From assembly GCA_044869895.1 (NCBI GenBank), contig JBIOXZ010000201.1, positions 1-50,841 of the forward strand: a stretch of 50,841 nucleotides of DNA, in the 5' to 3' direction. The notes beneath the pieces were generated by a model, which was given only the letters and a program-made list of their open reading frames with translations, was not told the DNA's origin and made no database searches. The translations under genes and the position numbers were made by a program. Every line of letters begins with the position of its first letter. Positions within the stretch are counted from its first letter, which is position 1. The stretch is from Actinomycetota bacterium. GTDB taxonomy: Bacteria > Actinomycetota > UBA4738 > HRBIN12. Of the stretch, positions 18,384-28,530 are shown in pieces.

Positions 18384-18494
18384 CGACTTATCCAACGTCA
18401 CGGCGGGAGGTTGCGAATGCGCCACCGAGGGCCGCGACCATAGCGTAGGAAGCGAGCAGGAGGAGGCCGGCCGCGGGCGAGAGCAGTGTGGCTG

Positions 18495-18818
18495 GATCCT
18501 GGCCGCGAACGGCTCGAAGCGGTGCTCGAGGCCTAGGCCTTCGTCTCCCACGAGTCCGGCGGGCACAACGACACCGAATTCGCGGCGTTGCTGCATCGAG
18601 ACGAGCACGTCGCGCGAGCGCAGCGCCAGGTTCGGGACATGATCCGAGACCTGCTGATCAAGTCAGCAGAAACCAGCGACGTCCGCGACGACGTGCCGCC
18701 TGACGAGCTTGCGAGCTTCTGTCTCCACGCCCTGGGGGGTGCAAGCACCCGGCGTTCGAAGGCCGCGGTCCACAGGCTCGTCACCGTCACGCTGGCCGGC
18801 TTGCGTCCTCCGCGCTGA
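18495..18818 (+). pseudogene. TetR/AcrR-family regulator C-terminal remnant
   Basis: Frame reads RERLEAVLEA*AFVSHESGGHNDTEFAALLHRDEHV...VRDDVPPDELASFCLHAL...LAGLRP; in-frame TAG at 18534-18536; N-terminal HTH absent. Confidence 0.7.
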
Positions 18819-18842
18819 CTCGATCTCGCTGGAGCGTGGTTC

Positions 18843-19133
18843 CTAGCGCGAGACCATCCTGCCTACGGCCCCCATGAGCTCTTGTGCCTGTTCTTCTGGG
18901 TCGCTCGGGCCTCCGTGACCGCCGATCAGGCAGTGGCGGACGTGGCCGTCCAAAAGGCCCAATCCGACCTTGTCCAACGCTGCTCTGACCGCGTTGATCT
19001 GGGTCACGACGTCGATGCAGTAGCGATCCTGCTCGACCATCTTCGATACGCCCCGGACCTGTCCCTCGATCTTGGCCAGGCGATCGATCAGCTGATCCTT
19101 GGTCGCGGTGTACCCGCGCGTCTGGGTTGCCAT
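18843..19133 (-). CDS. csoR: CsoR/RicR-family copper-sensing repressor
   Basis: RLAKIEGQVRG, RYCIDVVTQ, HVRHC (Cys/His/Cys Cu(I) ligands); divergent from Cu ATPase. Confidence 0.9.
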   Translation of the reverse strand: MATQTRGYTATKDQLIDRLAKIEGQVRGVSKMVEQDRYCIDVVTQINAVRAALDKVGLGLLDGHVRHCLIGGHGGPSDPEEQAQELMGAVGRMVSR

Positions 19134-19159
19134 GGCCTCCGCCCCTCGTCCGTGTTCGG

Positions 19160-19188
19160 TTGACGATTGTACCCCTCCAGGGTATAGG
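19160..19188. promoter_or_regulatory. CsoR/RicR operator TACCC-CTCCA-GGGTA (19170-19184) overlapping divergent promoters
   Basis: C-tract/G-tract inverted repeat typical of CsoR operators; TTGACG (19160-19165, +) and TACAAT (19166-19171, -) adjoin it. Confidence 0.75.
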
Positions 19189-19274
19189 TATCAACGGAAA
19201 CAAGCGCCAACCGGACCACGGAGCGGGGCCGCGATTCGGCTTGAACGCGACTCGTTCGAAGGAAGCGGGAGGAC

Positions 19275-22256
19275 ATGACCGGGACGGAGATCTTGGTGAC
19301 GGGCTTGGGCGTGGCGCTCATCGCGTTGCTCAGCTGGTTCTTTTTCGGGCCGAAGCAGGGGGGGCGAGCCGAGCTCCGCGGTGGGATGCAGGAGGTGGAG
19401 ATCACCGTCAAGGGTGGCTACTCCCCGAACCTCATCAGGGTGAAGGAGGGCGTACCTCTTCGACTCATCTTCGATCGGCAGGAGAACAGCGACTGTTCTT
19501 CGCGCGTCGTGTTCCCGGACTTCGGAGTGAGCAAGTCGCTCGCCGCCTTCGGCCGGACCACCGTGGAGCTCATGCCCGCGCGGACGGGGGAGTTCGGCTT
19601 CGCCTGCGGGATGAACATGCTTCACGGCACGCTCGTGGTTGAGGCAGGTGACGGCTCGGGCGAGATGCCGGCCGAGATGCCGGAGGCCGTGCCCGGCGCC
19701 TCGAACACCGAACCCGCGCCGACGCACACGCATGAGGGGGCCAGGGCCGTGGGCGTGGGACCGACTCGAGAGGTCGGCGGCACGACTCGGGTTGAGTTCT
19801 CGCTTCGGGCCGGCGGTGTTGCCTGCCCGACGTGCGTGACGAACATCGAATCGCTGCTCGACCGCCTGCCTGGCATCGTCGGCGTCGAGACCAACTACCC
19901 CGCCGAACGCGTGATGGTCGACTTCGACTCGACCGAGATCGAGACCGATGAGATGAGCCGCGCCATCGGGTCCGCCGGGTACCGGCTCGAGGAGCGGCGG
20001 GAGCCCGGCTCGGCGGACACCCAGGACGCGGAACCGATCGCTCGGCGCGCCGAGATCCGCGACCTGTCGCGCCGCGTCGTGGTCGGTGCGATCCTGACGG
20101 CGCCGGTGCTCATCGCCATCATGGCGACGGAGTTCTTCGACGCGACCTGGGTACCGGACTTCCTGTTGAACCGGTGGGTGCAGCTCGCGTTCATCGCGCC
20201 CGTGATGTTCTACACGGGCTGGCCGATCCACCGCTCCGGCTGGCTCATCCTCAGCAACCGCACGGCCGACATGAACTCGCTCATCACCATCGGCACGAGT
20301 GCGGCGTTCGGCTACAGCCTGTTCGTGACGGTCGCTCCCGGAGCCGTTCCCGAGGAGCTTCGAGAGGTTTACTTCGAAGCCGTCGGCGTGATCCTCACGC
20401 TGATCCTGCTCGGCCGGCTGCTCGAAGCGAGGGCGAAGGCCGGGACCGGCGAGGCGATCCGCAAGCTCATCGGTCTCCAGGCGAAGACCGCTCGCATCGT
20501 TCGCGACGGCGAGGAGCGGGAGATCCCGATCGGGGAGGTCGAGGTTGGCGACGTCATCGTCGTCCGCCCTGGGGAGAAGATCCCGGTCGACGGAGAAGTG
20601 CTCGACGGGCGCTCTGCGATCGACGAGTCGATGGTGACCGGCGAGCCGATCCCGGTCTCGAAGGACCGGGGCGACACGGTGATCGGAGCGACGATCAATC
20701 AGTTGGGCGCGTTCCGATTCCGCGCCACGAAGGTCGGGCGAGACACGATGCTTGCCCAGATCATCGGGCTCGTCGAACGGGCACAGGCCTCGAAGGCGCC
20801 GATCCAGCGTCTCGCGGATCTCGTTGCCAGCTACTTCGTCCCGGCGGCCGTGTTCATCGCCATCGGTACGTTCGTCATCTGGTTCGATTTTGGGCCCGCG
20901 CCGGCCGTCACGTTCGCTCTCGTGAGCGCAGTCTCAGTCTTGATCATCGCGTGCCCCTGCGCGCTTGGCCTCGCGACGCCGCTGTCGATCATGGTGGGGA
21001 CTGGGAAGGGCGCCGAGAACGGCGTCCTGATCCGTTCCGCCGAGGCCCTGGAGACGGCATACAAACTGAACACGATCGTCCTGGACAAGACGGGAACGAT
21101 CACGCAGGGCGCCCCTGCCCTGACCGATGTCGTCGTCGCCGACGGCTTTGATGAGCGGACGCTGCTTCGCCTCGTGGCATCGGCGGAGCGCTCATCGGAG
21201 CATCCGCTCGCCTCGGCGATCGTGGCCGGAGCCGAGGCTCGAGCTCTCGCCCTCGACGAACCGAGCGGATTCGAGTCCGTCACGGGTCAGGGGGTCCGAG
21301 CGACCGTGGATGGGCACCCGGTGGTGGTCGGACGGAAGGAGCTGCTCGCCAATGCCGGCGCCGATCTGGGGGCGCTCGAGAAGACTGCCGGGAGTCTCGC
21401 ATCGGACGGAAAGACCGCGATCTACGCGGCCGTGGACGGACGTCCCGCCGGCGTCGTCGCGGTCGCCGACACGATCAAGGAGGACTCGCCCTCCGCCGTC
21501 CGTGCGCTCCGCGACCTCGGCCTGGAAGTCGTCATGATCACCGGTGACAACGCCCGCACCGCCGAAGCAGTCGCACGCCAGGTCGGGATCGAGCGCGTCC
21601 TCGCCGAGGTCCTCCCGCAGGATAAGGCGCTCGAGGTTCGTCGGCTGCAGGACGAGGGGAAGCTCGTGGCGATGGTGGGGGATGGGATCAACGATGCGCC
21701 TGCGCTCGCACAGTCGGACGTCGGCATCGCGATCGGGACCGGCACGGACGTCGCGATTGAGGCGGCCGACGTCACGCTCATCTCCGGCGATCTCCGCGGG
21801 GTCGTCTCGGCGCTTGCGCTCAGCCGGGCCACGATGCGCAACATCAGGCAGAACCTGTTCTTCGCGTTCATCTACAACTCGATCGGCATCCCGATCGCCG
21901 CCGGGATCCTCTACCCATTCATCGGGGTCGTCCTGAACCCGATGATTGCAGCCGCGGCGATGGCCGCGAGCTCGCTCTCAGTAGTGACCAACGCGAACCG
22001 CCTGCGCGGGTTCAAGGGACCTGCGGTCGCGGATGGAGCGCGGCCGGTAACGGGGGCTGTTCGAGTGGAGGTCGGCGAGCGTGCGCCAACCAGGAAGGAG
22101 GACACGATGGCAACCGTGAAGGACCCGGTGTGCGGCATGGAGATCGATCCGGCAACGGCCGCCGCAAGCGAGGAATATCGAGGGACGACGTACTACTTCT
22201 GCTCGCAGAGCTGCCACGAGAGTTTCATGGCCGAGCCCGAGAAGTACGCTGCCTGA
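19275..22256 (+). CDS. copA: Cu(I)-translocating P1B ATPase with N-terminal cupredoxin, HMA and C-terminal YHS domains
   Basis: FACGMNM cupredoxin motif, ACPTC HMA motif, [29 protein letters not shown]; C-terminal DPVCGM...YYFCSQSC. Confidence 0.92.
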   Translation: MTGTEILVTGLGVALIALLSWFFFGPKQGGRAELRGGMQEVEITVKGGYSPNLIRVKEGVPLRLIFDRQENSDCSSRVVFPDFGVSKSLAAFGRTTVELMPARTGEFGFACGMNMLHGTLVVEAGDGSGEMPAEMPEAVPGASNTEPAPTHTHEGARAVGVGPTREVGGTTRVEFSLRAGGVACPTCVTNIESLLDRLPGIVGVETNYPAERVMVDFDSTEIETDEMSRAIGSAGYRLEERREPGSADTQDAEPIARRAEIRDLSRRVVVGAILTAPVLIAIMATEFFDATWVPDFLLNRWVQLAFIAPVMFYTGWPIHRSGWLILSNRTADMNSLITIGTSAAFGYSLFVTVAPGAVPEELREVYFEAVGVILTLILLGRLLEARAKAGTGEAIRKLIGLQAKTARIVRDGEEREIPIGEVEVGDVIVVRPGEKIPVDGEVLDGRSAIDESMVTGEPIPVSKDRGDTVIGATINQLGAFRFRATKVGRDTMLAQIIGLVERAQASKAPIQRLADLVASYFVPAAVFIAIGTFVIWFDFGPAPAVTFALVSAVSVLIIACPCALGLATPLSIMVGTGKGAENGVLIRSAEALETAYKLNTIVLDKTGTITQGAPALTDVVVADGFDERTLLRLVASAERSSEHPLASAIVAGAEARALALDEPSGFESVTGQGVRATVDGHPVVVGRKELLANAGADLGALEKTAGSLASDGKTAIYAAVDGRPAGVVAVADTIKEDSPSAVRALRDLGLEVVMITGDNARTAEAVARQVGIERVLAEVLPQDKALEVRRLQDEGKLVAMVGDGINDAPALAQSDVGIAIGTGTDVAIEAADVTLISGDLRGVVSALALSRATMRNIRQNLFFAFIYNSIGIPIAAGILYPFIGVVLNPMIAAAAMAASSLSVVTNANRLRGFKGPAVADGARPVTGAVRVEVGERAPTRKEDTMATVKDPVCGMEIDPATAAASEEYRGTTYYFCSQSCHESFMAEPEKYAA

Positions 22257-22283
22257 TCGCCGGAGGGCGGAGGGAACGACGAA

Positions 22284-24788
22284 ATGGGCGCGGAACCCCG
22301 CAGCGGACCTGCTCGGCATGAAGGGCACAAGGGGCACGAGGCTGGCGGTTCCAGGCGGCATGACGATGGGAAGGTCGCCTCGTCGGTGCTCCACGTCGGC
22401 GGGATGTACCTGGCCAGCGAGAAGACCGTGGTTGAAAAGGTTCTGGGGCACAGTCCCGGAGTGATCGGCGTCGAGGCGAATCCCGTCGGCCAGACGGCCA
22501 ACGTCACCTTCGATACGGCGAGGACCTCGGTGGCCGACCTGCGTCGATGTATCGAGGAGTGCGGTTTCCACTGTGCGGGGCAGTCGGTGCCGAAGCATAT
22601 CTGCGACCCGCTCATGGAACCCGATCCATCCAACGCGATCCAAGCCGGCCACGCGACGGTCACAGAGCCTCCCGCGGCGCCGGTGGAGCACATGGGGCAC
22701 GCCGGACACGGATCCTCGACCGTCACGCCTTCTGCAGAGCATGCGGAACACGCGATCACCCATGAACAAGCGATGCCGTCACCGCACGAGATGATGGGCC
22801 ACGGTGGTGACGCGGGCATGTCGATGGACGCGATGGTCCGAGACATGCGCAATCGGTTCCTCGTGGCCGCACTGCTCTCGATCCCCATCCTGCTGTGGTC
22901 CCCGATCGGCCGCGACGTTCTCAACTTCGAGGTCGCAGCACCGTTCGGGCTCCGCGACGATGTCTGGCTGCTCCTGCTCAGCCTCCCAGTGATCTTCTAC
23001 TCGGCCTGGATCTTCTTCGACGGCGCCGTCCGCGCGCTGCGGGCGCGAACCCTCGACATGATGGTGCTGGTGGCGGTGGCGATCGGGGCCGGTTGGCTGT
23101 ACTCGGTGGTGGTCACGCTGACCGGCGGTGGCGACACGTTCTACGAGGCCGCGACGGTGCTTGCGGCCTTCGTCCTTCTCGGTCACTGGTTCGAGATGCG
23201 AGCGCGAGGTGGGGCGAACGATGCGATCCGGACGCTTCTCGACCTCGCGCCGCCGAAGGCGACGGTGATCCGGGACGGTCAGACCATCGAGATCTCCACA
23301 GCCGAGGTCCGAGTGGGCGACCTGATGCTCGTCCGTCCCGGGGACAAGATCGGCGTCGATGGCGTCGTCGAGGAAGGCCAGAGCGAGGTCGACGAGTCGG
23401 TGGTCACCGGCGAGAGCCTCCCGCTGTCGAAGGTACCCGGCTCCGAGGTGATCGGGGCGACGATCAACAAGAACGGGACGCTCCGCGTCCGAGCCACCAA
23501 GGTCGGGGCAGACACGGCCTTGGCACAGATCGTGGAGCTTGTGCAGGAGGCCCAGAACTCCAAGGCGCCGGGCCAGCGTCTGGCGGACCGCGCCGCGTTC
23601 TGGCTCGTGCTGGTGGCCCTTATCGGCGGGGCAGCAACTCTGGCGGTCTGGCTCTCGGTTGGAGAGTCACTCAGCACGGCGATGCTCTACGCGATCACGG
23701 TCGTGGTGATCACGTGCCCCGACGCGCTCGGCCTGGCCACGCCGACGGCGATCATGGTGGGAACGAGCCTCGGTGCGAAGCGAGGGATCCTGTTCAAGAA
23801 CGCGATCGCCCTGGAAACCTCGGCCCGGATCCAAGCCGTGGTCATGGACAAGACCGGCACGCTCACCAAGGGGGAGCCGGAAGTAACCGACGTGGTCGTC
23901 GACGGGATGACGGAGGACGGGGTGCTCCGGTTGGCAGCGGCGGTCGAGCGGGAGTCGGAGCATCCCCTTGCGGAGGCCGTGGTGAAGCACGCCGACTCGA
24001 AGGGGATCCCGAACGTTCGTGCCGAGAAGTTCGAGAACGTCCCCGGACACGGCGTGACCGGCCTCGTGGATAGCCACCGTATCGCGGTAGGAAACGTACG
24101 CCTGATGGACCGGGACGGGGTCGACCTCGGCTCGCTGAAGGCCGGTCGTGAGGAATTGGCCTCGACCGGGCGCACCGTGATCTGCGTGGCCGTGGACGGG
24201 GAGGCGGTGGCATTGATCGGCATCGCCGACGCACCTCGGCCGACATCCGCCGCGGCGGTCGCCGCCCTGAAGGAGGCCGGTGTCGAGGTGATCATGCTCA
24301 CAGGCGACAACGAGGCCACGGCGAAACGGATCGCCGCTCAGCTCGGCGTGCAGACGGTGATCGCCGAAGTGCTTCCGGGCGACAAGGCGAGCAGGATCAC
24401 GGAGTTGCAGGGGGCGGGCAAGAAGGTCGCGATGGTCGGGGACGGCGTGAACGATGCGCCCGCGCTCGCCCAGGCCGACCTCGGGATGGCCATCGGCGCG
24501 GGCACGGATGTCGCGATCGAGACGGCGGACGTGGTCCTCATGCGCTCCGATCCGCTCGACGTGCCGACCGCCCTTGCGATCGGGCGTGGAACGCTCCGCA
24601 AGATACGGCAGAACCTGGGATGGGCTATCGGCTACAACTCGGTGGCTATACCGATCGCGGCCGGCATCTTCGAGCCAGCCTTCGGGCTGGTGCTTCGGCC
24701 CGAGATCGCGGCTCTCTCGATGTCCGGCTCGAGCCTCCTCGTGGCGGTGAACGCGCTTCTCTTGAAAGGGCTCCCCCTGCCGAGGTAG
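22284..24788 (+). CDS. Heavy-metal (probably copper) P1B ATPase, CPD variant, His/Met-rich N-terminus
   Basis: ITCPDALGLATP, DKTGT, EHP, GDGVNDAP, YN, MSGSS. Confidence 0.88.
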   Translation: MGAEPRSGPARHEGHKGHEAGGSRRHDDGKVASSVLHVGGMYLASEKTVVEKVLGHSPGVIGVEANPVGQTANVTFDTARTSVADLRRCIEECGFHCAGQSVPKHICDPLMEPDPSNAIQAGHATVTEPPAAPVEHMGHAGHGSSTVTPSAEHAEHAITHEQAMPSPHEMMGHGGDAGMSMDAMVRDMRNRFLVAALLSIPILLWSPIGRDVLNFEVAAPFGLRDDVWLLLLSLPVIFYSAWIFFDGAVRALRARTLDMMVLVAVAIGAGWLYSVVVTLTGGGDTFYEAATVLAAFVLLGHWFEMRARGGANDAIRTLLDLAPPKATVIRDGQTIEISTAEVRVGDLMLVRPGDKIGVDGVVEEGQSEVDESVVTGESLPLSKVPGSEVIGATINKNGTLRVRATKVGADTALAQIVELVQEAQNSKAPGQRLADRAAFWLVLVALIGGAATLAVWLSVGESLSTAMLYAITVVVITCPDALGLATPTAIMVGTSLGAKRGILFKNAIALETSARIQAVVMDKTGTLTKGEPEVTDVVVDGMTEDGVLRLAAAVERESEHPLAEAVVKHADSKGIPNVRAEKFENVPGHGVTGLVDSHRIAVGNVRLMDRDGVDLGSLKAGREELASTGRTVICVAVDGEAVALIGIADAPRPTSAAAVAALKEAGVEVIMLTGDNEATAKRIAAQLGVQTVIAEVLPGDKASRITELQGAGKKVAMVGDGVNDAPALAQADLGMAIGAGTDVAIETADVVLMRSDPLDVPTALAIGRGTLRKIRQNLGWAIGYNSVAIPIAAGIFEPAFGLVLRPEIAALSMSGSSLLVAVNALLLKGLPLPR

Positions 24789-24943
24789 GAGCGCTCCACG
24801 CTCGCGGTCTCAGTGGGTGATCCCACCGAGCTCACGGTTCATTGTCGGGCGCGGGGGCGGTCGGGTGGGTGATCGCGGGATGAAACACCAGGCGGCGGGA
24901 TAATCCTGCAACTGCGAGGGTGGCCAACGTGTTTGGTCGCGCG

Positions 24944-25741
24944 TCACTTCCTGGGCGACGAACGCCGATCATCGGCGGCCGCGCGACGCTTGGAGCTGAT
25001 CCGTGCTTTCCGAAATGGCACGGTTGATGACTCGGGCTCGACCCAGATGAGGCGGGCGACCCCGGTGCCGATCGGCCTCGTCTTACCACCGACCTCCACG
25101 GGAACCGCCTGGACGCTGCGATCCGCATCAGTGACCGTGATCCGGGCTCCGGTCACCAAACCGTAAGTGTCGAGCTCTCGCAACAGCTCGGGTGCGTCGT
25201 GCTCCGCGACCTCGGACACGCGCTGAACCATGGCACGTGTGCCGGGCTTGAGGTCCGCGAGTGCGATGAGCTCTCCGTACGGCGGCTCCCGGCCGGGGAT
25301 CACATTGCCGTGTGGGCAGGTCGTCGGATTGCCGAGCAGTTCGTCCAATCGATCGGCCACCCTCTCAGAGACACCAGGGGCAAGGAGCTGCGCTTCTTGG
25401 TCGGCCGTGGCCCAGTCCAGACCCAGGACGTCGGTCAGCCACCGCTCCAGCAGTCGGTGGACGCGCACGATCGCCGCGGCAAGCCTGTCTCCGGTCGGCG
25501 TGAGCGACACGCTCCGGTCTGACCCGATCCTGAGCCAACCGTCCCGAGCCAACCGCTGGAGGGTGACGGTGACGGTGGGAGCGCTTACACCCATCCACTC
25601 GGCAAGTCGCCCGGGCCGGACCCGTCCTTCCTCGTAGCGGATGTAGAAGATCGTCTCCGCATAGTGCTTGACCGTTTCCATCCGGAGGGTGCGTCCGGCT
25701 ACAGGCTCGGCCCCGGCGGAACGAGATCGGGATCGGGTCAC
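24944..25741 (-). CDS. DtxR/IdeR/MntR-family transcriptional regulator with FeoA-like domain
   Basis: GVSAPTVT HTH, HRLLERWLTDVLG, CPHGNVIP, C-terminal SH3/FeoA-like region; TACGAT 6 nt before GTG 25741 (alternative ATG 25681). Confidence 0.85.
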   Translation of the reverse strand: MTRSRSRSAGAEPVAGRTLRMETVKHYAETIFYIRYEEGRVRPGRLAEWMGVSAPTVTVTLQRLARDGWLRIGSDRSVSLTPTGDRLAAAIVRVHRLLERWLTDVLGLDWATADQEAQLLAPGVSERVADRLDELLGNPTTCPHGNVIPGREPPYGELIALADLKPGTRAMVQRVSEVAEHDAPELLRELDTYGLVTGARITVTDADRSVQAVPVEVGGKTRPIGTGVARLIWVEPESSTVPFRKARISSKRRAAADDRRSSPRK

Positions 25742-25779
25742 GCGCGCATCGTAGCTCTCCCCATCCCCGCCATCTCTTC

Positions 25780-25830
25780 TTGACGCTTTGACGCGTCTAA
25801 GCCTAGAGTTTCCGATACATTAGGTCGGAA
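25780..25830 (+). promoter_or_regulatory. Promoter TTGACG-N18-TAGAGT followed by inverted repeat TTCCGA-N9-TCGGAA (candidate operator)
   Basis: Hexamers at 25780-25785 and 25804-25809; palindrome arms at 25810-25815 and 25825-25830, before the GGAGGAG RBS. Confidence 0.6.
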
Positions 25831-25843
25831 TTTGGAGGAGCAG

Positions 25844-26887
25844 ATGAATCGACTTCGTCGGGTTGGCCTCTTCCTGGGTCTCGGCGCCGCACTGTCGCTC
25901 GTTGCGGCGTCGTGCGGCGGTGATGGCGGAGCTACCGAGTTTCCTGATGAGGGCGGCCCCCTCACCCTCTACAGCGGCCGCGAGGAGGAGTTCGTGGCGC
26001 CCCTGTTCGAGCAGTTCGAGGTCGACACCGGTGTCCACGTCGACGTCCGGTACGGCGACTCGGCGGAGCTCGCCGCGACGATCGTCGAGGAAGGCGACGC
26101 GTCCCCCGCCGATGTGTTCTTCTCCCAGGACGCGGGCTCGCTCGGTGCCGTGGCCGAGGCAGGGCTCTTCTCGGAGATCGATCCAGAGATTTTGGACCGG
26201 GTCGAGGAACGCTTCCGCTCGCCAGATGGCCTGTGGGTCGGGACCTCTGGCCGGGGTCGGGTGGCCGTCTACAACACCGAGGCCCTGGATGCCTCCGAGC
26301 TGCCGACCTCGATCCTGGACTTCGCCGACCCGCGATGGGAGGGAAGGATCGGCCTGCCCCCAACGAACTCGTCGTTCCAGGCTCATGTGGCCGCGATGAT
26401 GCTCACGATCGGGGAGGGTCCCACCCGCGATTGGCTCGAGGGACTCATGGCGAACGGCGTGCGCTTTTACGAGGACAACGCCGCCACCACCCGCGCCGTG
26501 GCCACCGGTGAGATCGAGGTCGGGCTGGTGAACCACTACTACAAGTTCGAGGTCGAGGCCGAGGACGGGTCGCTGCCGATTGCGAACCACTACTTCGGGA
26601 CCGGGGACCCGGGCTCGTTCGTGAACACTGCCGGGGTCGGGATCCTGGCGAGCGCCGAGCACGCCGAGGTCGCGCGGACCTTCGTCGACTACGTCACCGG
26701 CGAGGCGGGCCAGACGTGGGTCGCGACCGAGACCTGGGAATACCCGGTCGCACCGGGGTTCGAGCCCTCGGTGGACATCCTTGCGATCAGTCGGTTCGTG
26801 GGGCCCGAGAGCCAGGAGGACCTGTCCGATCTCGGGCCCGCACTGCCGCGAGCGCTCCAGCTGCTCGCCGAGGTCGGGATGGTGTGA
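25844..26887 (+). CDS. Fe(III) ABC transporter substrate-binding lipoprotein (FbpA/FutA-like)
   Basis: Lipobox VAASC, LYSGR, EGDASPADVF, VNHYY tyrosine pair, EYP. Confidence 0.88.
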   Translation: MNRLRRVGLFLGLGAALSLVAASCGGDGGATEFPDEGGPLTLYSGREEEFVAPLFEQFEVDTGVHVDVRYGDSAELAATIVEEGDASPADVFFSQDAGSLGAVAEAGLFSEIDPEILDRVEERFRSPDGLWVGTSGRGRVAVYNTEALDASELPTSILDFADPRWEGRIGLPPTNSSFQAHVAAMMLTIGEGPTRDWLEGLMANGVRFYEDNAATTRAVATGEIEVGLVNHYYKFEVEAEDGSLPIANHYFGTGDPGSFVNTAGVGILASAEHAEVARTFVDYVTGEAGQTWVATETWEYPVAPGFEPSVDILAISRFVGPESQEDLSDLGPALPRALQLLAEVGMV

Positions 26888-28530
26888 TCTCGAGTCCGCG
26901 AGTGGTCGAGCCGGGGGTGGGCGCGGCCATGGCCGGCACCCCTTGGCCGAGGCGGCGGCACGTGCCGGCGGGGCTCGCGGGGGCGGCGCTCCTCGTCTGC
27001 GGGCTCGTCGGGTTGCCCGTCGTCTACCTCGCAATCCGGGCGGCCGGGGCCTCGGAGGGGAGCTGGGACCTGATCCTTCGGTCCCGGACTGTCTGGCTCG
27101 CGCTGCGGACGATCGCCCTTGCCGCGGCGGTGACGGCGACGGCCGGGGGGATCGGGGTGGCGTTCGCCTGGCTCGCCGTGCGAAGCGACCTCCCGTACCG
27201 GAGGGCATGGGCGGTCCTGTACGCGCTGCCCCTCGTCGTCCCGAGCTACGTGGGGGCCTTCGCGCTCCTCGCGGCGCTCGGCCCCAAGGGGCTGGTGCAG
27301 GGCTGGCTCGAGCCGCTTGGCGTCGATCGCCTGCCCGACATCGGCGGGTTCCCCGGCGCCTACCTCGCGCTCACGCTGTTCACGTACCCCTACGTGTACC
27401 TGGTGTCCGCGGCCGCGATCCGCGGCCTGGATCCCTCGCTGGAGGAGACCGCTCGGACCCTGGGGTGTCCGCGAAGCGAGGTCTTCCGGCGCGTCACTCT
27501 GCCGCTGCTGCGACCGGCGATCGCCGCCGGATGTTTGCTCGTCGCCCTCTACACGCTGCACGACTTCGGTGCGGTCTCACTCATGCGGTTCCCGACGTTC
27601 ACGCAGGGGATCTACCTCCAGTATCGGGCCGCGTTCGACAGGACCCCCGCGGCGATCCTGTCGCTCATGCTCGTCGCGATCGTGTTCGCGATCCTCGCTG
27701 CCGAGCAGCGCTTCCGGGGCCGGGCCCGCTACTTCCGGACGGGTGCCGGTGCCGCCCGGGAGCTCCCCGCGGTGCCGCTCGGACGCTGGCGATGGGGAGC
27801 CCTGGTGGCCTCGGCGGCGGTCGTCGCTCTTGCGCTCGTGCTACCGGTCGGCGTTCTCGGGTATCTCCTCGTCCGCGGGCTGGATGGCGGGATCCCACTC
27901 AACCTCACCGTGGGAGCAGCGGGGAACTCGGTGCTCGTTTCGGCCGCCGGCGCTGTCGTCGCGATGCTGCTGGCCTTACCGATCGCGACCCTCGCCGCCC
28001 GCTATCCGGGGCGCGGCGCCAACACGGTCGAGCGTGTTGCGTACGCCGGGTACGCGCTCCCTGGGCTCGTGGTCGCGCTCGCGTTCGTTTTCTTCGCGGC
28101 GAGGTATGCACCGGCCGTGTACCAGTCGCTCCCGCTCGTGATCGCGGCCTACGTCGTGCTGTTCCTCCCTCAGGTCGCGGAGCCACTGAAGTCGGGGCTG
28201 CTGCAGCTGAGCCCGCGTGTCGAAGAGGCGGGGCGCACGCTGGGGCGCGGGCCGGGGGCCGTGTTGCGGCGGGTGGTCCTCCCGCTCCTCGCGCGGCCGG
28301 CGGCAGCCGGGATGGCCCTGGTATTCCTGACCGCGATGAAGGAGCTCCCGGCGACGTTGCTTCTCCGCCCGACGGGCTTCGAGACACTCGCTACCAGGAT
28401 CTGGACGTCTGCATCAGCCGGGCTGTACTCGCGCGCGGCCGTCCCGGCGCTGCTGATCGTGCTGGTTTCCGCCGTCCCGCTCTCGGCGCTCGCTCGCCGG
28501 GTCGGGGTCGAGGAGATCCGGGGGGACTGA
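26884..28530 (+). CDS. Fe(III) ABC transporter permease (FbpB-like, two EAA motifs)
   Basis: PLVVPSYV, LEETARTLG, DFGAV, VEEAGRTLG, MKELPATLLLRP. Confidence 0.88.
   Translation: MISSPRVVEPGVGAAMAGTPWPRRRHVPAGLAGAALLVCGLVGLPVVYLAIRAAGASEGSWDLILRSRTVWLALRTIALAAAVTATAGGIGVAFAWLAVRSDLPYRRAWAVLYALPLVVPSYVGAFALLAALGPKGLVQGWLEPLGVDRLPDIGGFPGAYLALTLFTYPYVYLVSAAAIRGLDPSLEETARTLGCPRSEVFRRVTLPLLRPAIAAGCLLVALYTLHDFGAVSLMRFPTFTQGIYLQYRAAFDRTPAAILSLMLVAIVFAILAAEQRFRGRARYFRTGAGAARELPAVPLGRWRWGALVASAAVVALALVLPVGVLGYLLVRGLDGGIPLNLTVGAAGNSVLVSAAGAVVAMLLALPIATLAARYPGRGANTVERVAYAGYALPGLVVALAFVFFAARYAPAVYQSLPLVIAAYVVLFLPQVAEPLKSGLLQLSPRVEEAGRTLGRGPGAVLRRVVLPLLARPAAAGMALVFLTAMKELPATLLLRPTGFETLATRIWTSASAGLYSRAAVPALLIVLVSAVPLSALARRVGVEEIRGD

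Noticed and set aside
18534-18536. In-frame TAG as pyrrolysine or readthrough
   Set aside because: The gene also lacks its N-terminal half and no pyl genes are present; a nonsense mutation is the simpler explanation
24832-24943. Possible small ORF or gene remnant after the DtxR-like gene
   Set aside because: No clear start or recognisable family
26781-28529. 956-aa ABC ATPase with a huge N-terminal extension
   Set aside because: Off-frame shadow of the permease; the real start is ATG 28530
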